The notes beneath the pieces were generated by a model, which saw only the letters and a list, made by a program, of their open reading frames with translations, was not told where the DNA came from and ran no database searches. Below, piece by piece: positions 39,113-49,459 of a stretch of DNA of 64,000 bases. Position 1 is the first letter of the stretch; the number at the start of each line of letters is the position of its first letter. Location of the stretch: positions 32,001-96,000 of the forward strand of contig JBBRPR010000025.1 of NCBI GenBank assembly GCA_038227875.1, given 5' to 3'. The stretch is from Planctomycetota bacterium (GTDB taxonomy: Bacteria; Planctomycetota; SZUA-567; H5-PLA8). A program made the translations under genes and the position numbers.

Positions 39113-39936
39113 ACCGCCGCGGTCGCTGCGGTGCGTCCCGGCGCCATGCGGGGTGCCACCGGTTGAATCAGCGCGCGGCGCTCCGGCGTGAGCCGTTCCA
39201 GCAATTCCTCCGACGGTACGTAATTGAAGCGCGTCGCGATGTAGTGGGGCGAGTAGCGGTAGATCAGGATGCGCCGGTCGCCGGGATTCGTGCGCGCGGC
39301 GGAGCCATGCGTCACCGCGTCGGTGAAGAGCAGCGCGTCGCCAGCTTTCAGGTACATCTCCTGCATGCCCATCGCCGCACTGGCCGGTTCGGTATCGCGG
39401 TAGACTTGGTTGGGGCCGGCGGCGATGAATGGGTGAATCACCGCGCACTTGTGGCTGCCGGGAATCAGCACCGTGGGCCCGTCGCCAGGACCGATGTCGT
39501 TGAGTGCCATAAGAATATTGATCTGGCCGACCATCCAATTTCCCGAATGGTGCCGCGTCACGCACGGGAACGCCGGGTAGTGACCACCGGAATGAATCCC
39601 GATGAAGCCGCCCGGTCCGCGCAGATTCAAGAAGCACTCGTTGATCGAAAGTCGCGCGAACTGATTGCCGATCCAGCGCTGCACGTCACTGTACCACGCG
39701 GGGTGGTCGAGCAGGTCCTCGAAGATGGTGCCGCCTTCGATGATGTTCTGATAATTCGTGCCGTCGTTGCCCTGGTACGAATGAACGTGAACGTTTCCGA
39801 TCCACTCTCCGGGCTTGCGCCGCGGCTGCTCATCGACCCAGCTATTGATTGCACGCAGTCGTTCGGGGCTGAGTACAGACTTGAGGACCAGGTAGCCCTG
39901 CAGGTCGAAGAGGTAGTCCCGTTCTTGTTCAGTCAT
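39109..39936 (-). CDS. PhyH-family Fe(II)/2OG enzyme with HxG motif (candidate halogenase)
   Basis: FDLQGYLV, H115-S-G, LIPGSHK, H210 and a distal RR; the family call is firm, the reaction is not. Confidence 0.8.
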   Translation of the reverse strand: MTEQERDYLFDLQGYLVLKSVLSPERLRAINSWVDEQPRRKPGEWIGNVHVHSYQGNDGTNYQNIIEGGTIFEDLLDHPAWYSDVQRWIGNQFARLSINECFLNLRGPGGFIGIHSGGHYPAFPCVTRHHSGNWMVGQINILMALNDIGPGDGPTVLIPGSHKCAVIHPFIAAGPNQVYRDTEPASAAMGMQEMYLKAGDALLFTDAVTHGSAARTNPGDRRILIYRYSPHYIATRFNYVPSEELLERLTPERRALIQPVAPRMAPGRTAATAAV

Positions 39937-40044
39937 GCTGTGATCCCTGTGAGTCGTCTAAGGCGTTCATTCGAGTTACCATATTACGCCGGAGTCTCTT
40001 GGGAGTCTTTGCATCAGCCATGCGACATGTTACCATTTAGCGCT

Positions 40045-40938
40045 ATGATTACTCCGACCAGATTGCCGCTGGACCGCGCGTTGGATGGAAAAGTGGAGCT
40101 GTCGCGCGCCCGGTGGACCAGCTCCCGACCCCACCGTCACGCGGAGCTGGAACTGAATCTGCTCGTCCGCGGCCAGGGCGAGTATGTCGTCAACGACCGC
40201 AAATATGTGTTGCGAGCCGGTACGATCGCGTGGCTGTTCTCCGGGCACAGCCATTTGCTGCTCAATCAATCCAGCGACTACGAAATGTGGGTGGTGGTCT
40301 TCAAACCGCGGCTGGTCCGGCGGGTCTGCACGGCGCCAGCGGCGCGGATTCTATGTCGAGCCAATCCGGCCGGGCACTTCTGCAAAAGCATTTCGGTCGC
40401 CGTATTCCAGCAACTCGATCGTCTCTGCCGGAACGTGGCTGCAGCGGATGCTGATCTTCCTCGCATGAACGCCGGCCTGGGTTACCTGCTGCTGGAGGCA
40501 TGGGACGTTTATCAACGCAGCACTGCGGCGCTGGAGAGTACCGCGCTCCATCCGGCTGTGGAGCGCGCGGCGCAATTGCTCAAGGAAGAAGGAAGCGATT
40601 GGGAATTTGAACGTCTCGCGCGCGCTGCGGGATTAAGCGCGTCGCGGCTGGGGCGATTGTACAAGGAACAGACCGGCCTGACGATCGTCGACTACCGCAA
40701 CCAACTTCGCGTGCAGCGTTTCATCGATCTTTTCGGCTCGGGGCAGCGCATTACCATGCTTCGTGCCGCACTGGAGGCCGGATTTGGCAGCTATACGCAG
40801 TTTCACCGCGTCTTCGCCAAAGCCGCCGGATTTCCTCCGCGCGTCTACTACCGTAAGCTGCGCGAAAATCGCTTCGCCGCGCAGCAGTCTCTTACACCTG
40901 CCCGCCGCAGAGATGAATATCTCCGTCCACCACCGTAA
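40045..40938 (+). CDS. AraC family regulator (divergent from the PhyH gene)
   Basis: HRHAELELNL cupin; AGFGSYTQFHRVF. The true start lies far downstream of the ORF-track start at 39163. Confidence 0.88.
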   Translation: MITPTRLPLDRALDGKVELSRARWTSSRPHRHAELELNLLVRGQGEYVVNDRKYVLRAGTIAWLFSGHSHLLLNQSSDYEMWVVVFKPRLVRRVCTAPAARILCRANPAGHFCKSISVAVFQQLDRLCRNVAAADADLPRMNAGLGYLLLEAWDVYQRSTAALESTALHPAVERAAQLLKEEGSDWEFERLARAAGLSASRLGRLYKEQTGLTIVDYRNQLRVQRFIDLFGSGQRITMLRAALEAGFGSYTQFHRVFAKAAGFPPRVYYRKLRENRFAAQQSLTPARRRDEYLRPPP

Positions 40939-41236
40939 CGCGGAACGATTTCACGCATTCGTGAACTTCGCTGCCTTTTCCAGTGCACAGATCGAATTTG
41001 TGGGCGTGAAGCGGACAGACGACCGAACCGTTTCCGGCCAGGCCATCGGCCAGCGGACCGCCACGGTGCGGACAGCGATTCTGCACGGCGAAAATCCGCC
41101 CGTCCCGCTGACGGAAGACGGCGACTTCTTCGCCCATGACCTGAAAGCAGCGACCGAGTCCGAACGGTACTTCGGAAGCGGGGCCCAGGTTGAAAACGGT
41201 CTGGCGTGGTGTTTCCAGAATGGTGTGCGTCGACAT
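40892..41236 (-). CDS. nirD: Nitrite reductase small subunit (Rieske-type)
   Basis: CPHRGGPL...CPLH Rieske motifs; directly downstream of nirB. Confidence 0.9.
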   Translation of the reverse strand: MSTHTILETPRQTVFNLGPASEVPFGLGRCFQVMGEEVAVFRQRDGRIFAVQNRCPHRGGPLADGLAGNGSVVCPLHAHKFDLCTGKGSEVHECVKSFRVTVVDGDIHLCGGQV

Positions 41237-41254
41237 CTTCGGTGTTCTCCTCAG

Positions 41255-43747
41255 TTATGATTTCACTTCAATTGCGGGTTCCACGCCGCGGAACTGGGAC
41301 GGCCATACCGGCGCCTGGGCTTCCGTCCAGGGATCGACATACGCATCGACGGCCTTCTGAATATCGGCGTCCAGTCGCGCGCAGATGCCTTCACTGTCGT
41401 TGACCAGAATGTCGCGCAGCAGTTCCACGCCGAGGCGTTCGAGGAAATGGTACGAACGCTCCTGGTACCGGCCGTGTTCGCGGTAGTACTGCATGAAGCG
41501 CCCCATGATCTTCAGCACTTCGTCGTGCGAAGTGACGGTGCAGAGCAGATCGCCTTTCCGCACTGCGCTGCCCGCCGCGCCGCCGACATAGATCTCCCAA
41601 AGTCCGCCTTCAATCGCGACGGCGCCGAGGTCCTTCACGTAGGCTTCTGAGCAGTTGCGCGGGCAACCGGCCGTGGCGAGCTTCATCTTATGCGGCGATT
41701 CGATGCCCTGGAAGCGGCGCTCGATCTTCTGCGCCAGCGCGATCGAGTCGCCGACGCCGTAGCGGCAAAAATCGGTGCCGACGCAACTCTTGCAAGTGCG
41801 GAACGCTTTCGTGTACGCATGTCCGCTGGGCATCCCCAGATCCTGCCAGACGCCAGGTAAATCTTCCTTCTTGATGCCGAGCAGATCGATGCGCTGGCCG
41901 CCGGTGATCTTCACCATCGGCACGTTGTATTTGATCGCAACGTCGGCGATGCGGCGGAGTTCATCGGGCGTCGTGACGCCCGCGTAGATGCGCGGGATCA
42001 CGGAGTACGTCGCATCCTTCTGAATATTGGCGTGCACGCGGTCGTTGATGAAGCGCGCGTCGCGTTCGTCTTCGTACTCATCCGGCCAGAGCGACTTGAG
42101 CAGCGAGGCCAAGCCCGCTTTGCTCGCCGCGTCTTCTTTGCCGCCGGCCAGTTCGCGGAAGACGGAACTGACCGACTTCAAGCCGCGCTTGCGAATCTCC
42201 TCGACCAGCGCCGCTTTTTCGTACGGCACGCCGGGCACGTAGTAATGTTCGCTCGGGTCGTCGCCCGCCGCGCCGCAGCCGGCGAGAATTTCGGTGATCA
42301 GCGGCTTGCAGCTTCCGCAACCCGATCCGGCTTTCGTGCAGGCTCCGATCTTGCCGACGCTGTTACAGCCGCCATCGCGAATCGCGGCGACGATCTGTCC
42401 TTTGCTCACACCATTGCAATTGCAGATCTGCGCTGCGTCCGGCAGGTCGGAGGCTTTGACCAGCGACTTGCCGGTTCGCGATCCGAAGAGCAGTTCCGCG
42501 CGCACGTCCGGCAGCGGCGTGTTGTTTTGGAAGAGCTGCATCAGCGACCCGAAATTGTCCGTCTCGCCCAGCAGAATCGCGCCGGCGAGCAGGTTGTCGC
42601 GGATGATCAGCTTTTTGTACACGCCGCGCGACGGCTCGCTGAAGGTGAGCACTTCGTCGGTCGGTTTCGCCGGACGCGTTTCGCCCAGTGAGCCGACTTC
42701 GACGCCCATCACTTTCAGTTTTGTGCCGAGCTTGGAGCCCAGGTACGCGGCGGTTTCGCGCGTGCCGGTGATGACATCGGCCAGCACCTTCGCCTGTTCC
42801 CAGATCGGATCGACGAGTCCATAGATGCGCCCGCGGTGCTGGACGCATTCGCCCAGCGAGAAGATATCGGGATCGCTAGTGCGCATCTGGTCGTCGACCA
42901 CGATCGCCTTCTCGACGGTCAATCCGGAAACCGATGCCACTTCCGTGATCGGGCGGATGCCGGCGCTGACGACGACCATGTCAGTCTCAAGGTACGAGCC
43001 GTCCTTCAGCGCCAGCCGCTTGATCGCGCCGTTTTCGCTCTCGATGCGCGCGGTGATTTTCTCGGTCAGCACCTTCACGCCCATCTTTTCCATCGCGGCG
43101 CGCAGCATCGCGCCGCCTTCGGTGTCGAGTTGCTGCGCCATGAGCTGCGGCGCGGCTTCGAGCACGGTGACTTCCACGCCATGCGTCAGCAGTCCGCGCG
43201 CGGCTTCGAGACCCAGCAAACCTCCGCCGATGACAGCGGCCTTCTTGCAATTCTTCGCGTAATGAGCGATGCGTTCGCAATCATCGATGGTGCGAAAGAG
43301 GAACGTGCCGGGCTGGCCGAAGCCTTCCATCGGCGGCACGAACGGCCGCGAGCCGGTTGCGATGATGATCGCGTCGTAATGCTCGGTGACCGGCGGCGTG
43401 TCTGGTTGCGACTCGGCATTTGCGGCGTAGGCCAGTGCGTCCTTCTTCAGCGGCGCGCCGATCACGACACGATTTTCGCGGTCGATCTTCGCGACCTTGA
43501 CGCCGGCATGGAGCGTGATGCCGTTCTGCGTGTACCAGCTTAGCGGATTGATGAAAATCTCCGCCGGCGCCTGCGTGCCGTTGAGCACGTTGCTGAGCAG
43601 AATGCGGTTGTAGTTCCCGTAGGGCTCGGCGCCGAACATGACGATGTCGAAGTGGTCGGGCGCGCGAGCGAGAATCTCCTCGACCACGCGGGCGCCGGCC
43701 ATGCCGTTGCCGATCACGACCAGCTTTTTGCGCTTCATCTTAACCAT
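41255..43747 (-). CDS. nirB: NAD(P)H-dependent nitrite reductase large subunit
   Basis: [26 protein letters not shown]...CGSC, and siroheme/4Fe-4S CKSCVG..FC and GCPRNC. Confidence 0.95.
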   Translation of the reverse strand: MVKMKRKKLVVIGNGMAGARVVEEILARAPDHFDIVMFGAEPYGNYNRILLSNVLNGTQAPAEIFINPLSWYTQNGITLHAGVKVAKIDRENRVVIGAPLKKDALAYAANAESQPDTPPVTEHYDAIIIATGSRPFVPPMEGFGQPGTFLFRTIDDCERIAHYAKNCKKAAVIGGGLLGLEAARGLLTHGVEVTVLEAAPQLMAQQLDTEGGAMLRAAMEKMGVKVLTEKITARIESENGAIKRLALKDGSYLETDMVVVSAGIRPITEVASVSGLTVEKAIVVDDQMRTSDPDIFSLGECVQHRGRIYGLVDPIWEQAKVLADVITGTRETAAYLGSKLGTKLKVMGVEVGSLGETRPAKPTDEVLTFSEPSRGVYKKLIIRDNLLAGAILLGETDNFGSLMQLFQNNTPLPDVRAELLFGSRTGKSLVKASDLPDAAQICNCNGVSKGQIVAAIRDGGCNSVGKIGACTKAGSGCGSCKPLITEILAGCGAAGDDPSEHYYVPGVPYEKAALVEEIRKRGLKSVSSVFRELAGGKEDAASKAGLASLLKSLWPDEYEDERDARFINDRVHANIQKDATYSVIPRIYAGVTTPDELRRIADVAIKYNVPMVKITGGQRIDLLGIKKEDLPGVWQDLGMPSGHAYTKAFRTCKSCVGTDFCRYGVGDSIALAQKIERRFQGIESPHKMKLATAGCPRNCSEAYVKDLGAVAIEGGLWEIYVGGAAGSAVRKGDLLCTVTSHDEVLKIMGRFMQYYREHGRYQERSYHFLERLGVELLRDILVNDSEGICARLDADIQKAVDAYVDPWTEAQAPVWPSQFRGVEPAIEVKS

Positions 43748-45992
43748 GTGTGAGCTCCTGACGGGAGCGCGCCGCCGTTGCTTTGTGCAACGCGACCGCG
43801 CCGGTTTTGTACGACGGTTGCTTGGAATGCGGATCGAAAACAGACGCCGTCAGCCGATTGACTTCCGGGTAATGCATGGGCAGAAAAACCTGGCCGCGCT
43901 GGATCATCGGCGTCAGCACCGCGCGCGCCGTGAGCGTGCCACGCCGCGAAGAGACTTCCACATCGCCGCCGTCCAGAATGTTCAGCGCCGCGGCATCTTC
44001 AGGGTGAATTTCAACGTACAGATTTTTCGGGTAGAGCGAACGCAGCGTCGCAGACTTCGAGGTGCGCGTCCCGGTATGCCACTGCGCCGAAGTTCCGCGG
44101 CCAGTGAGCAGCGAAAACGGATAGGCGTCGTCGGTAAGTTCGGGCGCGGCGGTCGGTGCATCGAAAATGAAGCGCGCGCGCTGGTCTTCGGTGAAAAATT
44201 TCCCGTCTTCGAAGAGGCGGCGTTCGTTCACGGAAAGATCCGTGCCCTCCGCGCAGGGCCATTGCACGCCGCCGCGCCGGTCGAGCATCGCGTAGCCGCC
44301 GATGCCCGTGATGTCGCAGGGCCGGCCGCGAGAAAGTCGCTGGAGAATGCGGAAGACGCTCTCCGGGTCCTTCCACTCTTGGAAGAGATCGCCGCAGCCC
44401 CAGTAATGCGCGGCGAGTTTGGAAATGTAAAAATCTGAGAGCGCTTCTCCGGGGGCGCGCGCGACTTTTTTCAGCAGGCCGATGCGCCTCTCGGAATTGA
44501 TGAACGTCCCTTCCTTCTCGCCCCAACCCGCGGCCGGTAACACGAGATGCGCGAGCTTGGCGGTGTCGGTGGTGTGGTACATGTCCTGGACGACGAGAAA
44601 TTCGAGCTTCTTGGCGAGCTCCATGAAATCGTTCTGATTGATCCAGGAATGCGCGGAGTTCGTGCCGAAAATCCACAGCCCTTTGACGACGCCGGAGCGC
44701 ACGCCGTCGATGATCTCGTTGTACGCCCAACTGTTGCGCGTGGGGATGCGGCTGGAGTCGAGATGGAGCAGCTCTGCGACGTCTTCACGGTCGGCTTGCT
44801 TGGTGAAATCGCGGCCGCCAAACAGATTTGTCGTGTTGCTGAAAATCCGCGAGCCCATCGCGTTGCACTGGCCGGTGATCGAATTCGCGCCGGTGCCGGG
44901 CCGCCCGATGTTGCCGGTCATCAGCGCGAGGTTGATGATCGCCTGCGCCGTCCGCGTGCCCTGGTGGCTCTGGTTCACGCCCATCGTCCACCAGAACGAG
45001 ACGCGCTTGCGTTCGTGAATCAGTTGCGCGAAGGCCGTGAGTTGCTCCGCGGAAATCCCGGTCGCCTGCGCAGTGCGTTCGAGCGTGAATGGCGCGACGA
45101 AGGCTTTGAATTCCGCGAAGCCGCCCGTGTGGCGTTCGACGAAACTCGCGTCGATCCAGCCGTTGTGAAAAAGAATGCGCGCGATGCCGTAGAGTAGTTC
45201 CAGGTCGGCTTTCGGCTTGAGCGCCAGATGGAGCGTCGCGGCCTGCGCGGTTTCGGTTTTGCGCGGATCGATCACGACGATCGCCGGATTGTTCTTGTTG
45301 CGCAGCACGCGCTCCCACAGGATCGGGTGCGCGATGCAGGGATTGGCGCCGAAGAAAATCAGCGCGTCGGACGCTTCAAAATCGGCGTAGGTGAACGGCG
45401 GCGCGTCGAAGCCGAAGGACTGCTTGTACGCCGTCGCGGCCGTGGCCATGCATTGGCGCGTGTTGCCGTCGCCGTGCTCAATGCCCATGCCGAACTTCGC
45501 CACCGCACCGAGCAGCGCGAGTTCCTCGGTCGGAAGCTGCCCCGAGCCGATCCAGGCCAGCGAATCAGCGCCGTGGTGATTTTGAATATCTTTGAAGCGC
45601 GACGTGAATTCCCGCATCGCGTGATCCCAAGTCACCGGCCGCATCGCGCCCTGGGCATCGCGTAACAGCGGGCGCGTGGCACGGTCGGGAGCGTGGAGCA
45701 CGTTCAGCGCTTCCCACCCTTTCGGGCAGGCCATGCCGAGATTAACGGGGTAGTCCGTGGACGCCGTGAGATTGATCGCTTCGCCATTGCGGAAGTGAAT
45801 GTTGAGTCCGCAACCCGTGGAACAAAAGCCACACACGGATGTCGTTGTCGCGTCCGGCGCGAGGCGCTCGGGAACTTGGCCGAGTCCAAACCCGCCGGAC
45901 TTCAGCGCGAGTTGCTGCGAGAGCACGCCATCCCACTGACGGAAGGCGTGGCGCAGGGATTCGGCCGTGAGATTCAGTCCCGGAACGCTCAT
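43740..45992 (-). CDS. nasA: Assimilatory-type molybdopterin nitrate reductase catalytic subunit (NasA/NarB-like)
   Basis: CGFCSTGC...[35 protein letters not shown]...QWHT; start 45992 overlaps the upstream stop (ATGA). Confidence 0.9.
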   Translation of the reverse strand: MSVPGLNLTAESLRHAFRQWDGVLSQQLALKSGGFGLGQVPERLAPDATTTSVCGFCSTGCGLNIHFRNGEAINLTASTDYPVNLGMACPKGWEALNVLHAPDRATRPLLRDAQGAMRPVTWDHAMREFTSRFKDIQNHHGADSLAWIGSGQLPTEELALLGAVAKFGMGIEHGDGNTRQCMATAATAYKQSFGFDAPPFTYADFEASDALIFFGANPCIAHPILWERVLRNKNNPAIVVIDPRKTETAQAATLHLALKPKADLELLYGIARILFHNGWIDASFVERHTGGFAEFKAFVAPFTLERTAQATGISAEQLTAFAQLIHERKRVSFWWTMGVNQSHQGTRTAQAIINLALMTGNIGRPGTGANSITGQCNAMGSRIFSNTTNLFGGRDFTKQADREDVAELLHLDSSRIPTRNSWAYNEIIDGVRSGVVKGLWIFGTNSAHSWINQNDFMELAKKLEFLVVQDMYHTTDTAKLAHLVLPAAGWGEKEGTFINSERRIGLLKKVARAPGEALSDFYISKLAAHYWGCGDLFQEWKDPESVFRILQRLSRGRPCDITGIGGYAMLDRRGGVQWPCAEGTDLSVNERRLFEDGKFFTEDQRARFIFDAPTAAPELTDDAYPFSLLTGRGTSAQWHTGTRTSKSATLRSLYPKNLYVEIHPEDAAALNILDGGDVEVSSRRGTLTARAVLTPMIQRGQVFLPMHYPEVNRLTASVFDPHSKQPSYKTGAVALHKATAARSRQELTHG

Positions 45993-47617
45993 CGCGCGAG
46001 CCCTCCGGGCATCTTCAACGGCACGACGGCGGTGAAGTAGAGGTAGCGTTCGCACAGTTCGCTGACCAGCCAGAGCGCCGCAGCGACTGCCACCATCGCC
46101 ACAACACGTTCGGTCATGAACGTGGCGAGCAGAGGAAGCGCGATTCCGCCAACGATTCCGGTGACGAAGCGAGCGATGGTCGCGGTGCGAAGGTGATCGC
46201 GCATTAGCCGCGCGGATTTCTGATCGTAAGTCGCTTCCGCATTCGACGCGTGAAGCAGGTAGCGCAGTTCCAGCGCGAGTTTCAGTCCGCACAGCGTGGC
46301 AGCGAGCGCCGCGAAAGTCGGAAGACTCGAACTGCGCGAGAACGCCGCCGCGGCCAGCGAGCTCAAGCCGCCGGCGCAGAGCACGGAGAGATAGAATCGC
46401 GTCGCGCTGAGCGAAAAGCGCCAGAACGGGCGGCGCGTGTCGGCGTAAATCATCACCGAGCAGAAGACTGCGACGAGGCTCACCACCACCGCCACCGGAA
46501 GCAGCGCGGGAAGAAACAGCGCCGCACTATCCACGGCCGCGACGGCACCAAACGCGGCGACTTCGCGGCTGAGCCACGAGGTTCGCAGACCCAGGATCGC
46601 GCGGAATGCGAAGAGCGGACGGCCGAGATGCAGCAGCGCGCAGTGCATGCCAATCAGGTGCAGCGCCAGCGACGCAATCGTGGTGATGCGCGCCGGGCGC
46701 GCGTCGCCGTTGACGCTTAGCACCGACGCCGCCAGCATTCCGCCTGCGGCAAATTGGGTCAGCACCAGGGTCCAGACCAGCGCCATGTGACTGTGCGCGG
46801 GAGAAAGCTCGGTGGCGTCGCCGGCGTTCATCAGTTCTGGCAGCGGCTGCTGCGAACGGTAAATGGTGGAGGGGAGGGTATAGTCGGATTTCGGCGCGCT
46901 CGGAACGAGAACGGCAGCGCGCGAACGCTCGACAATTTTCTCGCGTGAAACGGTGGTGATGCGGATGGCGGTGTTCGGGCAGGCTTGCACGCAGGCCGGA
47001 GCTTCCTGCTTTTCCAGACGTGACGAACACATGTCGCACTTGCGGACGATACCGCGCGACGCGCTGTACTTCGGCACGTCGTACGGGCATTTTAGAATGC
47101 AGTACTGGCAACCGATGCACTGATCGTCGAGATGCTTGACGATGCCGGTCAGCAGATCCTTGTCGTACGCTTTGACCGGGCAGCCGTCCATGCAAGCGGG
47201 GTGCGCGCAATGGTGGCACGCGGCGGTCACCATTTTCATCAGTGGCAACTGCGGATCGGAACTGACGATCTGCCCGACCGCGCGCCACGTTTCGCCTTCA
47301 TCCAGTCCATTGAGGCTGTGGCACGCGGTGACGCAGGCTTTGCAGCCGGTGCAGGCGTCGAGGTCTACTTCAAACGCGTACTGTTCGCCGGGCCCCGGCG
47401 TCGTGAGTGGAATCAAGTCGCGGTAGTATTTGGACTGCACGGGCGCCACGGCGTGAGCGTGCTGCTGCGCGAAACGCTCAACGGCGGAGAGGTCGCGCTG
47501 ATCGCGAAGCAACTCGGCGATCAGGGATTCTCCGCTGGCCGGCAGTTCTGGAACGCGCCGTGTCGGTTCGGCCCGCTCCAGAACTGGCGTCCAATCGATG
47601 AGTGCTTCGTTTGACAC
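45989..47617 (-). CDS. Fused four-cluster ferredoxin (DmsB/NrfC-like) plus DmsC-type membrane anchor
   Basis: [18 protein letters not shown]...CP, CIGCQYC...CP, CDMC...PACVQACP; then about 8 TM with HLGRP and SWLSRE. Confidence 0.88.
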   Translation of the reverse strand: MSNEALIDWTPVLERAEPTRRVPELPASGESLIAELLRDQRDLSAVERFAQQHAHAVAPVQSKYYRDLIPLTTPGPGEQYAFEVDLDACTGCKACVTACHSLNGLDEGETWRAVGQIVSSDPQLPLMKMVTAACHHCAHPACMDGCPVKAYDKDLLTGIVKHLDDQCIGCQYCILKCPYDVPKYSASRGIVRKCDMCSSRLEKQEAPACVQACPNTAIRITTVSREKIVERSRAAVLVPSAPKSDYTLPSTIYRSQQPLPELMNAGDATELSPAHSHMALVWTLVLTQFAAGGMLAASVLSVNGDARPARITTIASLALHLIGMHCALLHLGRPLFAFRAILGLRTSWLSREVAAFGAVAAVDSAALFLPALLPVAVVVSLVAVFCSVMIYADTRRPFWRFSLSATRFYLSVLCAGGLSSLAAAAFSRSSSLPTFAALAATLCGLKLALELRYLLHASNAEATYDQKSARLMRDHLRTATIARFVTGIVGGIALPLLATFMTERVVAMVAVAAALWLVSELCERYLYFTAVVPLKMPGGLAR

Positions 47618-47640
47618 AATCGTCCTCAGAATTTTATCGT

Positions 47641-48453
47641 TTACTCAGCCGTTACCAGATGCGTGTCGCGTGCCGCGAGGTAATGCAGCAGGTGCTTACG
47701 GACGCGGTCGTATTCGGGATCGTCGAGCATGCGTTCGCGCGAGCGCGGACGCGTCAGCCCGACCTCGACCACTTCGCCGATGTGCGCGGCGGGTCCGTTG
47801 CTCATCAGAATGATGCGGTCGGAGAGATAAATCGCTTCGTCGACGTCGTGCGTGATCATCAGCACCGTCTTGCGCTCGCTCTCCCAGATTTTCAGCAGGT
47901 CGTCCTGCATGCGCCCACGGGTCAGGGCATCGAGCGCGCCGAAAGGTTCGTCGAGCAGCAGCACTTTCGGCTGAATCGCGAAGGCGCGCGCGATGCCGAC
48001 GCGCTGCTTCATGCCGCCGGAAATCTCCGATGGTTTTTTGTGCAGATGCGTGCCCAGCCCGACCTTCTGCAACTGTTTTTGCGCGGACGCACGGACTTCG
48101 TTCTTCGGCATCGCCGGGAAGACATTGGCGATCGCCATCTCCACGTTCTGCGCGACGGTCAGCCACGGCAGCAGCGAATGATTCTGAAACACTATGCCGC
48201 GGTCGGGGCCCGGTTCCCGGACCACCTTGCCTTCGAGCGTGACCGAACCGGACGTCGCCTGGTCGAGTCCCGCGACGATGTTCAGCAGTGTGCTCTTACC
48301 GCAGCCGGAATGTCCGATGATCGAAATGAACTCGCCCGCATCTATCGCCAGCGAAACGTCGCGCAGGGCTTCGTAGTCCGGACGCCCGGCGCCGCCGAAG
48401 AACACCTTGCTGACGGAGGCGATGCGAAGATAGGCTTCAGGTGTCGGAGGCAT
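47641..48453 (-). CDS. Nitrate ABC transporter ATP-binding subunit (NrtC/NrtD-like)
   Basis: GHSGCGKST, ISGGMKQRV, LLLDEPFGALDALTR. Confidence 0.92.
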   Translation of the reverse strand: MPPTPEAYLRIASVSKVFFGGAGRPDYEALRDVSLAIDAGEFISIIGHSGCGKSTLLNIVAGLDQATSGSVTLEGKVVREPGPDRGIVFQNHSLLPWLTVAQNVEMAIANVFPAMPKNEVRASAQKQLQKVGLGTHLHKKPSEISGGMKQRVGIARAFAIQPKVLLLDEPFGALDALTRGRMQDDLLKIWESERKTVLMITHDVDEAIYLSDRIILMSNGPAAHIGEVVEVGLTRPRSRERMLDDPEYDRVRKHLLHYLAARDTHLVTAE

Positions 48454-48472
48454 CAACGATTCCCTTCGTCTA

Positions 48473-48532
48473 ACCAGTGTGCCAATTGGCACACTGGTCA
48501 AAATCCAACGTCTGGCCAATTGGCCAGACGTT
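48473..48532. repeat. Two tandem perfect 26-bp palindromes
   Basis: ACCAGTGTGCCAATTGGCACACTGGT (48473-48498) and AACGTCTGGCCAATTGGCCAGACGTT (48507-48532). Confidence 0.9.
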
Positions 48533-48541
48533 CAGCATCGC

Positions 48542-49435
48542 TCAGTACGCGACTGCTTTTTCGATCTTCATCATGATCACATTGAGGATCAGTCCGATCG
48601 CGCCGATCAAGCCCATCGCCAGGATTGAGCGGTCGATCGAGCCGGCGTTGTATTGATCCCAGCAGAAGAAGCCGATGCCGTCCTGACCGTTGAGCATTTC
48701 CGCGGCCACAATCACCATCCACGCGATGCCCAGCGAAATGCGAAGTCCGGTGACAATGTGCGGCAGCGTCGCCGGCCAGTAGATCTGCCGGAAAATTTGC
48801 CAGCGCGTTAATTTCAGCATGCGCGCGACGTTGGTGTAGTCGGGGTTGATCTGGCCCACTCCGAAAGCGGTATTGAGCACCGTGGGCCAGAGCGAGCAGA
48901 TGAAGATCACAAACGTCGCGGCCATCGTCGGCGGCTTCAGCGTTTCGTTTTGCAGCGCCGGCGCGGAAAAGATCACCAGCGCGACCGGATACCAGGCCAG
49001 CGGCGAGATCGGGCGACAGAGTTCGATGATCGGATGAACCGCGCGGCGGACGAACGGCGAGCTGCCGATCACGAAGCCCAGCGGAATGGCGATGAACGCG
49101 CCGAGCGTAAAGCCGCAGAGCACGCGGGTGAGGCTGTAGAGCAGTAGCAGCGGCAAGCCGACGCGGTTCTGATCGCCCCAGAAATTCGCGCGGACGAATT
49201 CAATGCAAAGCTTCAACGTCACCAGCGGCCCTGGCAGATCGTGTGCGAAACAACTGATCAACGCCCACACGCACAGGGAAAATGCAATGCCAACGAGCGC
49301 CGGAAACGCGCGCGTGCGAACCCACACGGCAAACGGCCGGTCGCGCGGCGCAAGTTTCGCGACGGGTGCTTTCTTCGCCGCCGCCGGCGCAGCGGCAGCG
49401 GTCGCGTCAGTAAGTGCAAGGGCGGGCTGATTCAT
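48542..49435 (-). CDS. nrtB: Nitrate ABC transporter permease
   Basis: RPISPLAW, FICSLWPTVLNTAFGV, TGLRISLGIAWMVIVAAEML. Confidence 0.9.
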   Translation of the reverse strand: MNQPALALTDATAAAAPAAAKKAPVAKLAPRDRPFAVWVRTRAFPALVGIAFSLCVWALISCFAHDLPGPLVTLKLCIEFVRANFWGDQNRVGLPLLLLYSLTRVLCGFTLGAFIAIPLGFVIGSSPFVRRAVHPIIELCRPISPLAWYPVALVIFSAPALQNETLKPPTMAATFVIFICSLWPTVLNTAFGVGQINPDYTNVARMLKLTRWQIFRQIYWPATLPHIVTGLRISLGIAWMVIVAAEMLNGQDGIGFFCWDQYNAGSIDRSILAMGLIGAIGLILNVIMMKIEKAVAY

Positions 49436-49459
49436 TCCGTCTCTCCGTTGATGTTGCCA

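Noticed and set aside
39163..40044. 591-aa AraC with a long N-terminal extension
   Set aside because: The extension is antisense to the PhyH gene; the AraC domain starts near 40045
45993..46292. N-terminal extension of the nitrate reductase (possible signal peptide)
   Set aside because: Overlaps the anchor gene out of frame; the ATGA-coupled start at 45992 is more plausible and there is no Tat motif
48473..48532. Mini-CRISPR or LacI-operator interpretation of the twin palindromes
   Set aside because: Only two units with different arms, an 8-bp gap and no cas genes; the core lacks the central CG of the LacI operator at 28076/29120
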